DNA from: a virus | Taxonomy: Duplodnaviria; Heunggongvirae; Uroviricota; Caudoviricetes | DNA: 64,000 bases | Strand: one strand, 5' to 3' | Virus record (IMG/VR): IMGVR_UViG_3300029288_000055 | Coordinates: 1 to 64,000 of that record | Shown here: positions 37,964-49,021 of the stretch, piece by piece | Numbering within the stretch: position 1 is the first letter of the stretch | Layout: every line of letters starts with the position of its first letter | The notes under the pieces: model-generated | What the model saw: the letters and a program-made list of their open reading frames with translations, nothing else | The model's database searches: none | What the model was told of the DNA's origin: nothing | Program-made: the position numbers and the translations under genes

Positions 37964-38320
37964 TTATTTTGAATTTAACTGATTTATTTTACTGACACAG
38001 AATGCACGCACAAATTCGGCTTCTGGGTCTATTGAATTTGGCAATGTTGACGGGTCAAAGATTTTAAATCCAGTATATATTTCTTTACAAATAGTCAATA
38101 CTTCTTCTTCAGAGACATCAACCTCATTTGCAATTTTAACAATTACAGGTAGAACTATTGATTCTCTATAATCGTTAACATTTGTACTAATTGGCAATCC
38201 AATTAACCATTGAACACCAATATTCAAAGCATTAACAACCTTATCTTTTCGGTCTTCAAATGTAATACTTAATATTCCAATTGCTTCCCATTCTTCTTTA
38301 GTTTTAGTAAAATTTTTCAT
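37964..38320 (-). CDS. hypothetical protein
   Basis: ORF track. Confidence 0.65.
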   Translation of the reverse strand: MKNFTKTKEEWEAIGILSITFEDRKDKVVNALNIGVQWLIGLPISTNVNDYRESIVLPVIVKIANEVDVSEEEVLTICKEIYTGFKIFDPSTLPNSIDPEAEFVRAFCVSKINQLNSK

Positions 38321-38338
38321 ATCTTCTTTTATCTATTT

Positions 38339-38968
38339 TTATTTTAATATACCCAATTGTTTTAATCCAGCAATTCCAACCGCATAACTATCAGACATAT
38401 CAAAACACATATCTTTTGGTTCATTTGAGTCTTTCTTATAAAACCATTCGATTTGGGGTTCTAATTTACAAACTTTTTCCCAAATATACAACTTTTTTTC
38501 TTTTTTATATTCATCTGGAAATGAAAGCGTTTCAACAATATCAATTTTACCAGTCTTTCTATTTTTTACTTTTGAAGTGTGAACCAGTTCTGTACAGAAT
38601 GATTTACGTGAATCATAAACACTGATTTTTTTTGGATATATATTAAATATTCTAAATAAAATATATCTACATATACCATTAAAGCCATATAATAATGAAA
38701 CAGTATTTGCATTATTACTACCACCTAAAGGTTCTTCCACAACAATGTAAAGAATTTCACCATTTAATTCATATCTGATACGTTCTTTATAGTCTTCAAC
38801 ATACTTTCTGAATATTTCTGCTTTATGCATATCACGATCTTCAACAGGTATATCTTTACCAAGTTTTAATTCAAGATGTTTTAATTCAATAAGTTTGCCT
38901 TTTTTATCCCATAAGGCACTGCCAATGTTGGTAGTACTAATATCCAACGACCAAATATATTTTTCCAT
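38339..38968 (-). CDS. RuvC-like Holliday junction resolvase
   Basis: SLDISTTNIG, VVEEP, FDMSDSY. Confidence 0.75.
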   Translation of the reverse strand: MEKYIWSLDISTTNIGSALWDKKGKLIELKHLELKLGKDIPVEDRDMHKAEIFRKYVEDYKERIRYELNGEILYIVVEEPLGGSNNANTVSLLYGFNGICRYILFRIFNIYPKKISVYDSRKSFCTELVHTSKVKNRKTGKIDIVETLSFPDEYKKEKKLYIWEKVCKLEPQIEWFYKKDSNEPKDMCFDMSDSYAVGIAGLKQLGILK

Positions 38969-38975
38969 AAAAATT

Positions 38976-39185
38976 TTATTCTACTTGCTTAAAAATTAAT
39001 TTTTCGTCTTTTGATTCTTCAATCATTACCTGAATTTTCTTTGGATTCTGAAGGTATAACCTGATTAAATCTTCAATAACACCACCAATTTTCATGCTTT
39101 TGCCTTTACATAGTATTTTGAATTGACTATGTAATTTACCATCAATTATAATTGATTTAGGCTTTGTTTCTTCATTACTTCCCAT
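38976..39185 (-). CDS. ribbon-helix-helix-like DNA-binding protein
   Basis: KSIIID..LH..FKILC..VIEDLI. Confidence 0.6.
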   Translation of the reverse strand: MGSNEETKPKSIIIDGKLHSQFKILCKGKSMKIGGVIEDLIRLYLQNPKKIQVMIEESKDEKLIFKQVE

Positions 39186-39273
39186 ATATATTATAAATTT
39201 TAAATCATCATGATTTATAATAAATACTAAGAATTTATAAAAAAATATAAAATTTTATGATTATTTTGGATAA

Positions 39274-40017
39274 TTAAAAATCTAATGCAAATAAAATAGT
39301 TCTGGTAAGGGTTGAATCTTTTATTATTGGGTCATTTAATTTACCAATAGCAACCAAATTTTTATTTGCATCATATATACCAATTTCAGTTATTGCAACA
39401 GATGATAATCCATCCCAAGTAAGATTTGTACTTGAATTAAATTCATTCATATCCAAATTAATTGAAAGATCAGTTGTATAGACATCAGCATGAATATCTG
39501 TTGTAATATTACCAAGAAAATATGTTTCATCACCAAAAGATAAATCATCATTAGCATATAAATCAACATCAACTGATTTAGGATAATTTAAATATGTTAA
39601 AGTATATGATGAATATGTGCCATAAAGATTTAATGGAATTCTAAAAACAGTACTTACTAATTCAGTAGCAGTTAATGGTACTCCTGAAACATGCCCTGTT
39701 ATTTGAGAAGTAACATCGACCATTTTCCAATTTGCAGGGTCTGCTTTAGTTGCTCCTGTTGTACTATTAAGTACTTTTTGAATTACTGCATATATTTTAT
39801 GTACAGTAAATCCAGTACCATTTGTAATATTATCACTTAAAAATTTAAAAGTAGTTGCACCAGAAAAATTAATTAATACTTCCTGAATGTTAATATTATC
39901 AGTCTCTATTTGCATAGATTTGATATAATTACAATGTATAGCTTGACCATAACCATAGCCAGTATTACCACTTGGTGCTAAAAAATATGTTGCAAATATT
40001 GTATAATTTTGTATCAT
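39274..40017 (-). CDS. baseplate/tail structural protein
   Basis: C-terminal ITEIGIYD..LVAIGKL..PI.K motif; gene context. Confidence 0.7.
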   Translation of the reverse strand: MIQNYTIFATYFLAPSGNTGYGYGQAIHCNYIKSMQIETDNINIQEVLINFSGATTFKFLSDNITNGTGFTVHKIYAVIQKVLNSTTGATKADPANWKMVDVTSQITGHVSGVPLTATELVSTVFRIPLNLYGTYSSYTLTYLNYPKSVDVDLYANDDLSFGDETYFLGNITTDIHADVYTTDLSINLDMNEFNSSTNLTWDGLSSVAITEIGIYDANKNLVAIGKLNDPIIKDSTLTRTILFALDF

Positions 40018-40031
40018 AATAATTTATTTAT

Positions 40032-42866
40032 TTACTCTGTAGGAAGTACTCTACCCCTACCATTCGGTCCAGTATCAATTGCTACCAATGATGATGCTGC
40101 ACCAACACAATAATTAGCACCACCAGAATTCAATGCACATGTTAAATCAATAGATGCCGTATTTCTGAAATCTTGACCAATATCAGCAGTACTACTATTA
40201 GTTATTGCATGTAATATATAACAATTAATATTTGTACAATTAATATTAATTGAGTTACTTTTAATTTGTGAACAAGTAGTAGTTTCACCGCCAGAAAGTA
40301 CCATACTACTAACAAAATTACAACATACTGTAGAAGGACTACAACTTATCCATGAGCATGCGCCAATAGGATGTGTTAATGCTACATTTGATTCTGAAAA
40401 TGCTGTATCGGTAAAACATAATGTGATATTTTGTCCCGCAAGTAATGGTGTACTTACTCCAAGATGAGCACACATACAACTTCTAATGTCAGTATTTGAT
40501 GATAATTGACATGTGCCACAAACAAAAATAGTTTGTGTTGCAGGTGGTACTACAATTGGATTTGTTGTTCCATTTCCAATTTCACCATATCCAATACCTG
40601 CTGAATTTTGTGCAAATAATCTAAAATAAATTGGTGAACTACCAAGCAAATCAGGCATTGTCATAATAAATGACGTACCAACAGTAATATCAGCAATAAC
40701 AGATACTTTACTAATTCCAAGTCCACCATATACTAAATTACTACTATTATTTTTTGCTGGGTCTTGTGTATATAGTAAACCATATTCTGTAATTACAGTA
40801 CCACCATTATCATCAATAGTATTATTTCTTATTAGCATATCAATTAATTGTGTTGTAGTATTTGAAAGTTGTTTAAATATAATACCAGTTGTAACTTCGG
40901 GAATAAAAATTGTTGGTGGTGGCGATGATAATGTTGTAAGTGTTTGTGTTATACCAGAATATGTCACACCACCAACAGTTATAAATGCACGATAATCATA
41001 AGAAGTGCTTTCAACTAAACCAACTATTGTAGTAACAAAATTATTTACAGATAACGGTCCTGTCAATGGTACTGCAGGTGATAAATGCCAATTTTGAGCA
41101 ATATCTCCATCACTATGTAATTTATAAGCCATTCCATATTTTTCAACAGCAATAAACACATTGGCAGGTATAGTATTACCTCCAGTATTGTAAATTTGTC
41201 CAATTCCAGCAGTACCTATAATTGTTTGAACACTTGGTATAATAACTGGTGGTACAGGTGGTACTACTGGTGTTGGTAATGTAGTAATACTATATGATGT
41301 TGAATTATCAATATATTCATTATTACCTATTTTAACATATGAACGGTAATTATATGTTGCATTTGGAGTCGTGCCAGTAATTGTATAATTAAAATTATTT
41401 GCAGCAAGTGAAGTACCTACAACTATACGTGTCCAAGTAGTCGCACCAGTTAATTTATATTCTACACCAAATTCGGTAACATTTTCATATCCAATAATAT
41501 TTCTACCACCAGTATTCTTAATAGAACCGGGCGTACCAACTATTGTTTGAACAAATAATATTGATGGTGTTGGTGGTGTTGGTGAATTACCACCACTGCC
41601 ACCGCCCATTATAAATTCGGGAAGTGTCCACGATCTATTTGATTTATATGACATTGCAAATAATAATTCTTGATCTTCAATAAGAAATATTTTTAATTCA
41701 TCGAATATTTTACCAACAATAATAGTTGGGTCATTTACATCAACCAAATCATAATAATGTATACCCAGATTTGTTAATGTAAAACCATTTCCAGATTTAA
41801 ATTTAGCACCTAAAGTAGCAGTATTGTTTTTATGCCACATTATTGTTGGAATTTCTAAAAGGGGTGTTTTTAAATAAAATCCTTCACCATAAACATTGGC
41901 TGGTGATGAATTAGTATAATGAATTACACCTAATTTTTTATAATAAGGTTGTTGACTTTGAATATATGAAACAAAACCACCATATGCTCTACTATCGAAT
42001 TGACCAAATGTTTTATCTCCTAAAAGACTGGCTTGTACTCCTGCGATTTCTTCAGTGAAAATAATTGACATATTCCAAAATGGAAATACTATTGTTGGAC
42101 ACTGACTGTTTTGAAAGAATGATAATACACTTTCATCAATATAATCAGTTGAAAAATCATTAAAAATTGTACTACCACTATAATTGATAAAATTATAATA
42201 AATAAGTGCACCTGCATAAATACCAGCACCTGCAATGCCAGTAAAATTAGGTAAAGGTCTATCAACAGTTACAAATAAATTATTGGCAGCTAATGTACCA
42301 CTTTTTGTTGAAATTCTGTATATTAAATATGGCGTAGGATTTGTTTTATTAAGTGTATCACCTGTTGTATTTATATTTACTGCCCATTTAATTAAAATCA
42401 AATCCCCAATAGCAGGTTCTTCTGCACTTCTACCATATAATGGTGCTTTTTTTAAATATAATCCTGTACCACCTGTAATATTACTCATTAAAATCATGAC
42501 ATCAGGTTGTTTAACATGATTAGAATCGGTAATAAAAGACGTACAACCGCTTGTAAAAAAACCTATCGATTCTACTGAATTTGTAACAAGATACCATGAA
42601 GAAGGTATTGTTGGTATTTCATTATATGGGTCACCACTTATTGATCTTGGTATAAAAGATATTAAATTTGGATTGTTATCAGCAGGTCTTAAAATTTTAG
42701 AATCAAATGGTACTAAACCCGTTTCATTATTAAATTCATAATCAATTTCACTATCACCAATAGCAAAATATTTAAATGTTAAATTACCAGTAGAAAGTAA
42801 TTCTCTACCTTTTGTAGTTAATTTTATATTTAAAACTACAGGGTCTTTTTTTTCAATGAAAGCCAT
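40032..42866 (-). CDS. baseplate/tail structural protein with FN3-like repeats and Cys-rich C-terminus
   Basis: N-terminal LTTKGRELL..YFAIGDSEIDY; three FN3-like units (TYNYRSY, SYDYRAF, IYFRLFA). Confidence 0.7.
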   Translation of the reverse strand: MAFIEKKDPVVLNIKLTTKGRELLSTGNLTFKYFAIGDSEIDYEFNNETGLVPFDSKILRPADNNPNLISFIPRSISGDPYNEIPTIPSSWYLVTNSVESIGFFTSGCTSFITDSNHVKQPDVMILMSNITGGTGLYLKKAPLYGRSAEEPAIGDLILIKWAVNINTTGDTLNKTNPTPYLIYRISTKSGTLAANNLFVTVDRPLPNFTGIAGAGIYAGALIYYNFINYSGSTIFNDFSTDYIDESVLSFFQNSQCPTIVFPFWNMSIIFTEEIAGVQASLLGDKTFGQFDSRAYGGFVSYIQSQQPYYKKLGVIHYTNSSPANVYGEGFYLKTPLLEIPTIMWHKNNTATLGAKFKSGNGFTLTNLGIHYYDLVDVNDPTIIVGKIFDELKIFLIEDQELLFAMSYKSNRSWTLPEFIMGGGSGGNSPTPPTPSILFVQTIVGTPGSIKNTGGRNIIGYENVTEFGVEYKLTGATTWTRIVVGTSLAANNFNYTITGTTPNATYNYRSYVKIGNNEYIDNSTSYSITTLPTPVVPPVPPVIIPSVQTIIGTAGIGQIYNTGGNTIPANVFIAVEKYGMAYKLHSDGDIAQNWHLSPAVPLTGPLSVNNFVTTIVGLVESTSYDYRAFITVGGVTYSGITQTLTTLSSPPPTIFIPEVTTGIIFKQLSNTTTQLIDMLIRNNTIDDNGGTVITEYGLLYTQDPAKNNSSNLVYGGLGISKVSVIADITVGTSFIMTMPDLLGSSPIYFRLFAQNSAGIGYGEIGNGTTNPIVVPPATQTIFVCGTCQLSSNTDIRSCMCAHLGVSTPLLAGQNITLCFTDTAFSESNVALTHPIGACSWISCSPSTVCCNFVSSMVLSGGETTTCSQIKSNSININCTNINCYILHAITNSSTADIGQDFRNTASIDLTCALNSGGANYCVGAASSLVAIDTGPNGRGRVLPTE

Positions 42867-42882
42867 TTTTTATGAATTTAAT

Positions 42883-42891
42883 TATAAATAC
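42883..42891 (-). promoter_or_regulatory. putative late promoter GTATTTATA
   Basis: 17 nt from ATG 42866. Confidence 0.65.
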
Positions 42892-42926
42892 TATTAATTT
42901 TATTTATCTTTTTAATATTTAATTTT

Positions 42927-45900
42927 TTAACTCAGTCTGGTATCAAAAACTCTACCAGCAACATAAGTAATTCCCAAACTATTAATTGCATAAAATCTCC
43001 AAAACCAATATCCATGTGGTAATGCATCTACATCAGTTGCTACACTAAATATTCCTGCACCTGTACCAGAAGCAACATAACGATAATCTGCAATTGTTGG
43101 TTGATTTTGTAATGCCCAAACAGTACCACGTTCAGTAACTGGTAAACCGCCATCATTCGTTATATTTCCAACTGCCGTTAATGTAAGTGCAGGACTAAAA
43201 GAACCAATAGATGATACATAAATAATTGTTGGTGTTGATAGTGTTGTAAAACTTAATTCATCTCCATATGCAGTTCCTTGACTATTGGTAGCATATGCTC
43301 TTGCATAATATGTTGTACCCCCAATTAATCCTATTATTGAACCTGAAAATGTGCCAATATCAGTACCATTTACAGTATGACTACCAGCAATAGTTGGATT
43401 ATGTGATGTACTCCATGCAATACCACGAGCAGTAACAAATGCATTACCATCTGAAGTAACATTTCCATTACCAATTCCTGTAGTTTGTAATACATCAGTA
43501 ATATTTGTTGTTACAACTATTGGTAATGATAGTGGTAATGAAGTTGTTGTTGCAATAAGAGTATTTCCATAATATGGCATTCCACCCACCACAATGTATG
43601 CACGATAGTAATATAACGTACCTTCAGTTAATCCAGCAACAGTAATTGAATAATTATTAGCAGCTAACGGTCCTGCTAATGGCGATACTGGTGAATATAA
43701 CCAATTAATATTATCTATTGAATATTGTATTGCATATGATTCTACTATTCCAAACACATTGGCAGGTATACTATTACCACCTGTTGCAAATGAATTAAGA
43801 CCAATGCTTGTTGCTGATGTTGTTACAACCGAAGGATGGATTACAATTGTTGCACTTATAAAACTTACTTCATTACCATAAGCAATACCTTCATTATTAA
43901 TTGCATATGCTCTGACATAATATGTTGTGTTTGGACTTAATCCAGTCATTAGGCTTATGAATGCACCAGTTCCAGAACCATCTATTGTTGTACTATCAGT
44001 TGTTTCTGGATTAGGTGACGTACTCCAACATATACCTCTGGTAATAACAGACAAACCACCATCATTTGTTACATTACCGCCACCAGTAGCTGTAGTTTGT
44101 AAAATATTTGTTATTGCATTGGTTGTAACCGTTGGTACTGTAGTTGTTATTGTTATTATGTTTTGATTAATCAAAAATTGACTTCCATCATCACCAAAAT
44201 AATATAATATTGGAAAATTTCTTACATCGGTTGTTGTTGACCCGCTTGCAAGTAAGTTAACCCCTCTCTTATATGTAAATTTTTGCTTTGTAAATACGGT
44301 ATTTCTAACCAATAAGCCACTTTTTTTCAATATAACTGTTGCTGCTAATAATTGATCAACAAATTTCTGAAAAAATGAATTATATTTACTTAAAAATGGA
44401 TATAAATTTTCAAAAGTATAACCGTTTGAATGTAATGGATCATTTACTGGTAATAAACCTCTTTTAAGATACTCAATATATATTCTTAATAAAGAAGGAT
44501 ACCAACCACCTTTAAAATCTGATATAGTTTTTCTATTTCTTGCATTTATTAATCTTCTTTGTATTAATTCAATAAATTCAAGAAATGATAAATTACTTAT
44601 ATCACCAACACCAAAAGCATTTGCAACAATAGGATTAAAATATGCATTACCAGCAATAAGATAATATACACTAATTACTGTACCATATCTAATACCCCTT
44701 GGTAAGAAAATTTCATATTGATTTTGTACATTAACTGTGTAATCTCTAAATGGCTCTAAAGCAATACCGTCTATAAGCACTTTAATATTAGATGCATCTG
44801 TTGCTTTATAATTCATCTTATAAACATACTTATTTGCTGAAACATTAAAATATATTTTACTACTATTAAAACTATCAACTCTCACTATTTCACTTCTTGC
44901 ATTAAGTTCATTACTGCCATTAACTTGAACATATGCTACCATTATATTTGGATTAACTGCCAAATATGATATTATTTCTGGATTTTGAATAATAATATTA
45001 TTTGTTCCACCAGTTGAATTAGTTGGGTCAAGAATATAATCAGCAGTAAATTGATTAGTACCTTTTGTAAGAGCAATACCGTTTACAGTAAGTTGTACGT
45101 CACCACGTGGATAGCTTGGCAATGGTATTGCAGTTCCAGTTATATTTGCAGTAATTCTCATTACAATATATTGAACTGATATACCAGTTACAGGATGTGT
45201 TCCGCCAGAATAAACAAACGTTACTTGAATAACATCTCTTCGATTACCAGAATTTGTTGCAAAATTACTATTATTTAAATTAATAACATTACCGCCAGTA
45301 ATATAATAATCAATCTCTTCACCAATGCTTGTTGTTCCTGTAAGAGTACCATCATATTTATCTCTCGTAGTTAACAAAATACCATTATAGCGAACTTCCA
45401 AATAACCTTGAATTTTGTTTGGGTCATATGTAAATGGTAATGTAAAAGAAGATTGAGTACTTGTATAATCCAAAGAAATATTAACATATGAGAATGGTAA
45501 TGTAAAACCACTTGAATTTGCTGGAAAATCAACAGTTTTAATGTAATCATAAACATCAAATTCAATACCACGTGCAGTATCAAGTGCCACATCTACTTCT
45601 TTAGTATTTATAACTAATTTACTATCTTCTTGATAATATTGTGGTGTACTATAATGAACTCTTGTAGTTGCACCTGTTTGAATCCATGATTTTTTATTAT
45701 CAACATTTTGTTTTAAGTTGAACCCAGCCATGCGAAATACATCCAAATATTTCTGTCCTGCATCAGTATTACCAGAAATTTGGAAAAAGAAATCACTGGT
45801 TTCTAAAGGTGCTTTAGGATATCCATCACTATCATAAGGTAGTGAATTGCTTGGAAATTCGGATTGTTTTAACGGTACTGTATTGGGGTCTATTTTACCG

Positions 45901-47363
45901 TCAACAGTATATACATATTCAGTTATATTAATAAATGGTTCTGGAATACCAATCAAAAGAAACATTGATTTAATTGCTTCTCGTGTACCTTTAGATTTCC
46001 AAAAATAATTAGTATTCATTAATATTCTTCTCCAAAGTTCAATATCTATTTCTGCTGGCATTAAATCTGTATCAAGATTTCTTTCAGTATCGTCAATACT
46101 TAAAAAACTATTAACTAATTCGCTTTCATTAACCAAAGAAAAATAATTCCAACCAAATGTTTTTGAAAGATTTTTAATTAATTGATCGGGAATATTATTA
46201 GTTTTATTATAACTAACACGATTAATATTAACTAATGAATCAATAAATTGCCTTATTTGATCAAACTCTCTACCATATATTCTTAAAAGTTTTGTTACTT
46301 TACCATTTTCAGTTAAATCATATGTTTTAAGGGATGTGGGAGTAAGAAATCTTGCGATTAAATCAGTTTTAATGGTATCATATTTACTACCAATAGTCAA
46401 TACAATATTTAAAAAATTACGATATTTTGGAGTATTAATATCAATATTATAATTATCATTTGTTGCCCAAAGTATTGAAGAATTTGAATATGTGATTGAA
46501 CCATTATCAAGTAATGTTGGGTCTTTTAATATAAATTTAAATCCACTTGTTGTGCCACTCACTCTTTGTGACATAATATATTTTTCGTATTCAGGTAATA
46601 ATGCACGAAATTCTTCAAAAACCTCATTGTTTGGCTTAATATGAAAATCAATCTTACCTGTTGTCGAACCAGTAAGAGTAGGAAATGGATTGCCAATTGT
46701 CTTTATAATTAATCGCTTATAATTAGCTGCTGATGGGTTATTTGCAGTACATCCAGTAAATCCAACTATAGTATATGAATTACCAGTTAAATTAATTGCT
46801 GACCAAACAACATATTTATCATATGATAAATTTACATTTTTAAGTTCATTATTATCTGGTTTACTTACATTGCCAAAATTAATTGCAAGTCCAAATGTAT
46901 TAACAGTACAACCAGTTGGTATTCTAAACGTTGAAATATTTGTAATTGGGTCATATATAAAATCAGTAAAAGTATCAGGACTTGTCCTATTTAATTGTGA
47001 ATTCATGAATAAACTACCCGGATATGCTACAATGATATTTTCTATTGATATTCTAAGAAATTCATACGCTGAACCAAATCTTACAAAAGTATTTAAATCT
47101 GATCTATCTAAGTTTAATACTGCATTAGTACTATATAGTTGTATTATTTCTGATTGTGTTTGTGTCAGTCCCATTGTTTCTAATGTAACTGGACGCACGA
47201 ATGAACTCAACGTATTACTATAATCAATAGGTACTCTACCTTCAAAATTTGATGTAACAGCAAAACTACCAAACGAAAATATTGTTTCGGATGCAGTATG
47301 ATTAAAATTTGTTCCGTTTAAATTCTGGTCAAGATTTGTACCAACTACTTTTACTTTTGCCAC
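42927..47363 (-). CDS. large baseplate wedge-like protein with four C-terminal FN3-like repeats
   Basis: WRRI..N..YFWKSKGTREAI (P2 gpI/T4 gp7-like); GNVTxDGG..RGxxWS..YYxRAYA repeats; GTG start. Confidence 0.75.
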   Translation of the reverse strand: MAKVKVVGTNLDQNLNGTNFNHTASETIFSFGSFAVTSNFEGRVPIDYSNTLSSFVRPVTLETMGLTQTQSEIIQLYSTNAVLNLDRSDLNTFVRFGSAYEFLRISIENIIVAYPGSLFMNSQLNRTSPDTFTDFIYDPITNISTFRIPTGCTVNTFGLAINFGNVSKPDNNELKNVNLSYDKYVVWSAINLTGNSYTIVGFTGCTANNPSAANYKRLIIKTIGNPFPTLTGSTTGKIDFHIKPNNEVFEEFRALLPEYEKYIMSQRVSGTTSGFKFILKDPTLLDNGSITYSNSSILWATNDNYNIDINTPKYRNFLNIVLTIGSKYDTIKTDLIARFLTPTSLKTYDLTENGKVTKLLRIYGREFDQIRQFIDSLVNINRVSYNKTNNIPDQLIKNLSKTFGWNYFSLVNESELVNSFLSIDDTERNLDTDLMPAEIDIELWRRILMNTNYFWKSKGTREAIKSMFLLIGIPEPFINITEYVYTVDGKIDPNTVPLKQSEFPSNSLPYDSDGYPKAPLETSDFFFQISGNTDAGQKYLDVFRMAGFNLKQNVDNKKSWIQTGATTRVHYSTPQYYQEDSKLVINTKEVDVALDTARGIEFDVYDYIKTVDFPANSSGFTLPFSYVNISLDYTSTQSSFTLPFTYDPNKIQGYLEVRYNGILLTTRDKYDGTLTGTTSIGEEIDYYITGGNVINLNNSNFATNSGNRRDVIQVTFVYSGGTHPVTGISVQYIVMRITANITGTAIPLPSYPRGDVQLTVNGIALTKGTNQFTADYILDPTNSTGGTNNIIIQNPEIISYLAVNPNIMVAYVQVNGSNELNARSEIVRVDSFNSSKIYFNVSANKYVYKMNYKATDASNIKVLIDGIALEPFRDYTVNVQNQYEIFLPRGIRYGTVISVYYLIAGNAYFNPIVANAFGVGDISNLSFLEFIELIQRRLINARNRKTISDFKGGWYPSLLRIYIEYLKRGLLPVNDPLHSNGYTFENLYPFLSKYNSFFQKFVDQLLAATVILKKSGLLVRNTVFTKQKFTYKRGVNLLASGSTTTDVRNFPILYYFGDDGSQFLINQNIITITTTVPTVTTNAITNILQTTATGGGNVTNDGGLSVITRGICWSTSPNPETTDSTTIDGSGTGAFISLMTGLSPNTTYYVRAYAINNEGIAYGNEVSFISATIVIHPSVVTTSATSIGLNSFATGGNSIPANVFGIVESYAIQYSIDNINWLYSPVSPLAGPLAANNYSITVAGLTEGTLYYYRAYIVVGGMPYYGNTLIATTTSLPLSLPIVVTTNITDVLQTTGIGNGNVTSDGNAFVTARGIAWSTSHNPTIAGSHTVNGTDIGTFSGSIIGLIGGTTYYARAYATNSQGTAYGDELSFTTLSTPTIIYVSSIGSFSPALTLTAVGNITNDGGLPVTERGTVWALQNQPTIADYRYVASGTGAGIFSVATDVDALPHGYWFWRFYAINSLGITYVAGRVFDTRLS

Positions 47364-47379
47364 AAAATTTCTATTTTAC

Positions 47380-47388
47380 TATAAATAC
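47380..47388 (-). promoter_or_regulatory. putative late promoter GTATTTATA
   Basis: 17 nt from start 47363. Confidence 0.65.
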
Positions 47389-47436
47389 GATAAAAAAAAA
47401 TCTCAATTCAATATATTGAGATTTTTAATGTTAGAA

Positions 47437-48372
47437 TTATTGTACACCACTTGTTACGCTGTCAAAATTTTGCGTTTCATCAATATTGGTTCTTTCTTCT
47501 TTAACTTCAAATAATGGTACATTGGTTACATCATCCTTAATTTCATATAGATTATCTTGTTTTATGATTACTCTATTCTTATCAAAATATGTTAAAATGC
47601 CATTCTGAACATCTTTAATTTGTTCACCAGCAACATAATTTGTTAAAGTATCTATTGTATTTTCAACCATTTCAACTTCTAATACAAGTGGCGAAAAATA
47701 TGTATTGCTTATTAAAATAATACCACCAGTATTGCCAATAAAAGGTAATACGTTTGGTTTTACATCTGAAGAACTACTTGGAGTAAGCTGTAAAAACATC
47801 AACGTGCCTGAGTCATCAAAACGATATCTGACTGCTTTTTGTGAAGTATTTCCTATGTTTTCACTAACTGGAACTACTTTATTTGCTGTAACAACATATC
47901 TTACTGTATTTCTTAACTTAGTTCCATCAGTATTAAGATATTCAATCTTAAATCCTTGTAATGCATTATTTGCTTTTAAGTTATCTGGAAGTTGCGTTGC
48001 ATTAAGATCAATTACAATACCATTAATGGTAGGTAATGATGATAAAACTCCACAATCCACAATTGTTGACAAAATAAGTTTTGGTTTTATATAAATTGTA
48101 TATATACCTAACTGATTAAATATAGTTGCAGGTAATCTTAAATTATAAAGTCCCTCTAATAAATTACTGTTTTCAACTAAATTCGGGTCAGCAATAGATA
48201 TTGCGTTTGGGTCATCAGTTGGTAAATATGAATATGATAGTAATTCAATAGCATTTAATTTGATATTTGGATTAGGAGATGTTTGTCTGTCTGGTGCAAA
48301 ACTATAATACATATCAATATCATCGATATTAACGTCTGAAGGTCTCACTATACCATAAATTCCAGTTGCCAT
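47437..48372 (-). CDS. virion structural protein (baseplate region)
   Basis: Context and composition. Confidence 0.6.
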   Translation of the reverse strand: MATGIYGIVRPSDVNIDDIDMYYSFAPDRQTSPNPNIKLNAIELLSYSYLPTDDPNAISIADPNLVENSNLLEGLYNLRLPATIFNQLGIYTIYIKPKLILSTIVDCGVLSSLPTINGIVIDLNATQLPDNLKANNALQGFKIEYLNTDGTKLRNTVRYVVTANKVVPVSENIGNTSQKAVRYRFDDSGTLMFLQLTPSSSSDVKPNVLPFIGNTGGIILISNTYFSPLVLEVEMVENTIDTLTNYVAGEQIKDVQNGILTYFDKNRVIIKQDNLYEIKDDVTNVPLFEVKEERTNIDETQNFDSVTSGVQ

Positions 48373-48373
48373 G

Positions 48374-49021
48374 TTATGTGTTTTTTACTATGTTAAAAAA
48401 ATTGCCAGCAGCGTATGTTTCAAGATCAATTAAATTTTTTATAAATTCTAATCTATAATTTCCATCAAATGCTGATAATTCTTGTCTTACTATAAATACG
48501 TCATCACTAATTTTTGGGTTACTTATAATATTTTCTTTATTCGGGTCTTGATATATTGGTTTATTAATAAAATTAGGATTGGTATACCCTAAACTTGTAA
48601 AACTAAATGTTGAACCAGAAGTACTGCCAGTAAGAAGATCAACATATCTAATTCCGCCAAGAAAATATACAACACTTACGCCTGAAATAGAATTAGAATA
48701 ATCAACTCCATCAACAATATAATTACCATTACCAAAATACTGATTAGCAAACACATCAGTGACTGAATATTTTCTGAGTTCTAATAGTCTGCTTGTGCAT
48801 TGACCTGTTACCACATATGGAACATATGTTATTGTTGTGCCAGTAATTCCACTAAGCGGATATGCATCAAAAAACCCAACATTTTTTATTTCTTGATTTA
48901 ATAATAATTTAAAATTATATGTAGCACCAGTATCTGGAATAATCACACGACATGTTCCAGTACAACCAGTTGTTGTGCCAGTTGTCATTATTCGTAATAC
49001 TGTTTTTTGAATTAATTCCAT
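48374..49021 (-). CDS. virion structural protein (baseplate region)
   Basis: Context, Thr/Gly-rich. Confidence 0.6.
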   Translation of the reverse strand: MELIQKTVLRIMTTGTTTGCTGTCRVIIPDTGATYNFKLLLNQEIKNVGFFDAYPLSGITGTTITYVPYVVTGQCTSRLLELRKYSVTDVFANQYFGNGNYIVDGVDYSNSISGVSVVYFLGGIRYVDLLTGSTSGSTFSFTSLGYTNPNFINKPIYQDPNKENIISNPKISDDVFIVRQELSAFDGNYRLEFIKNLIDLETYAAGNFFNIVKNT

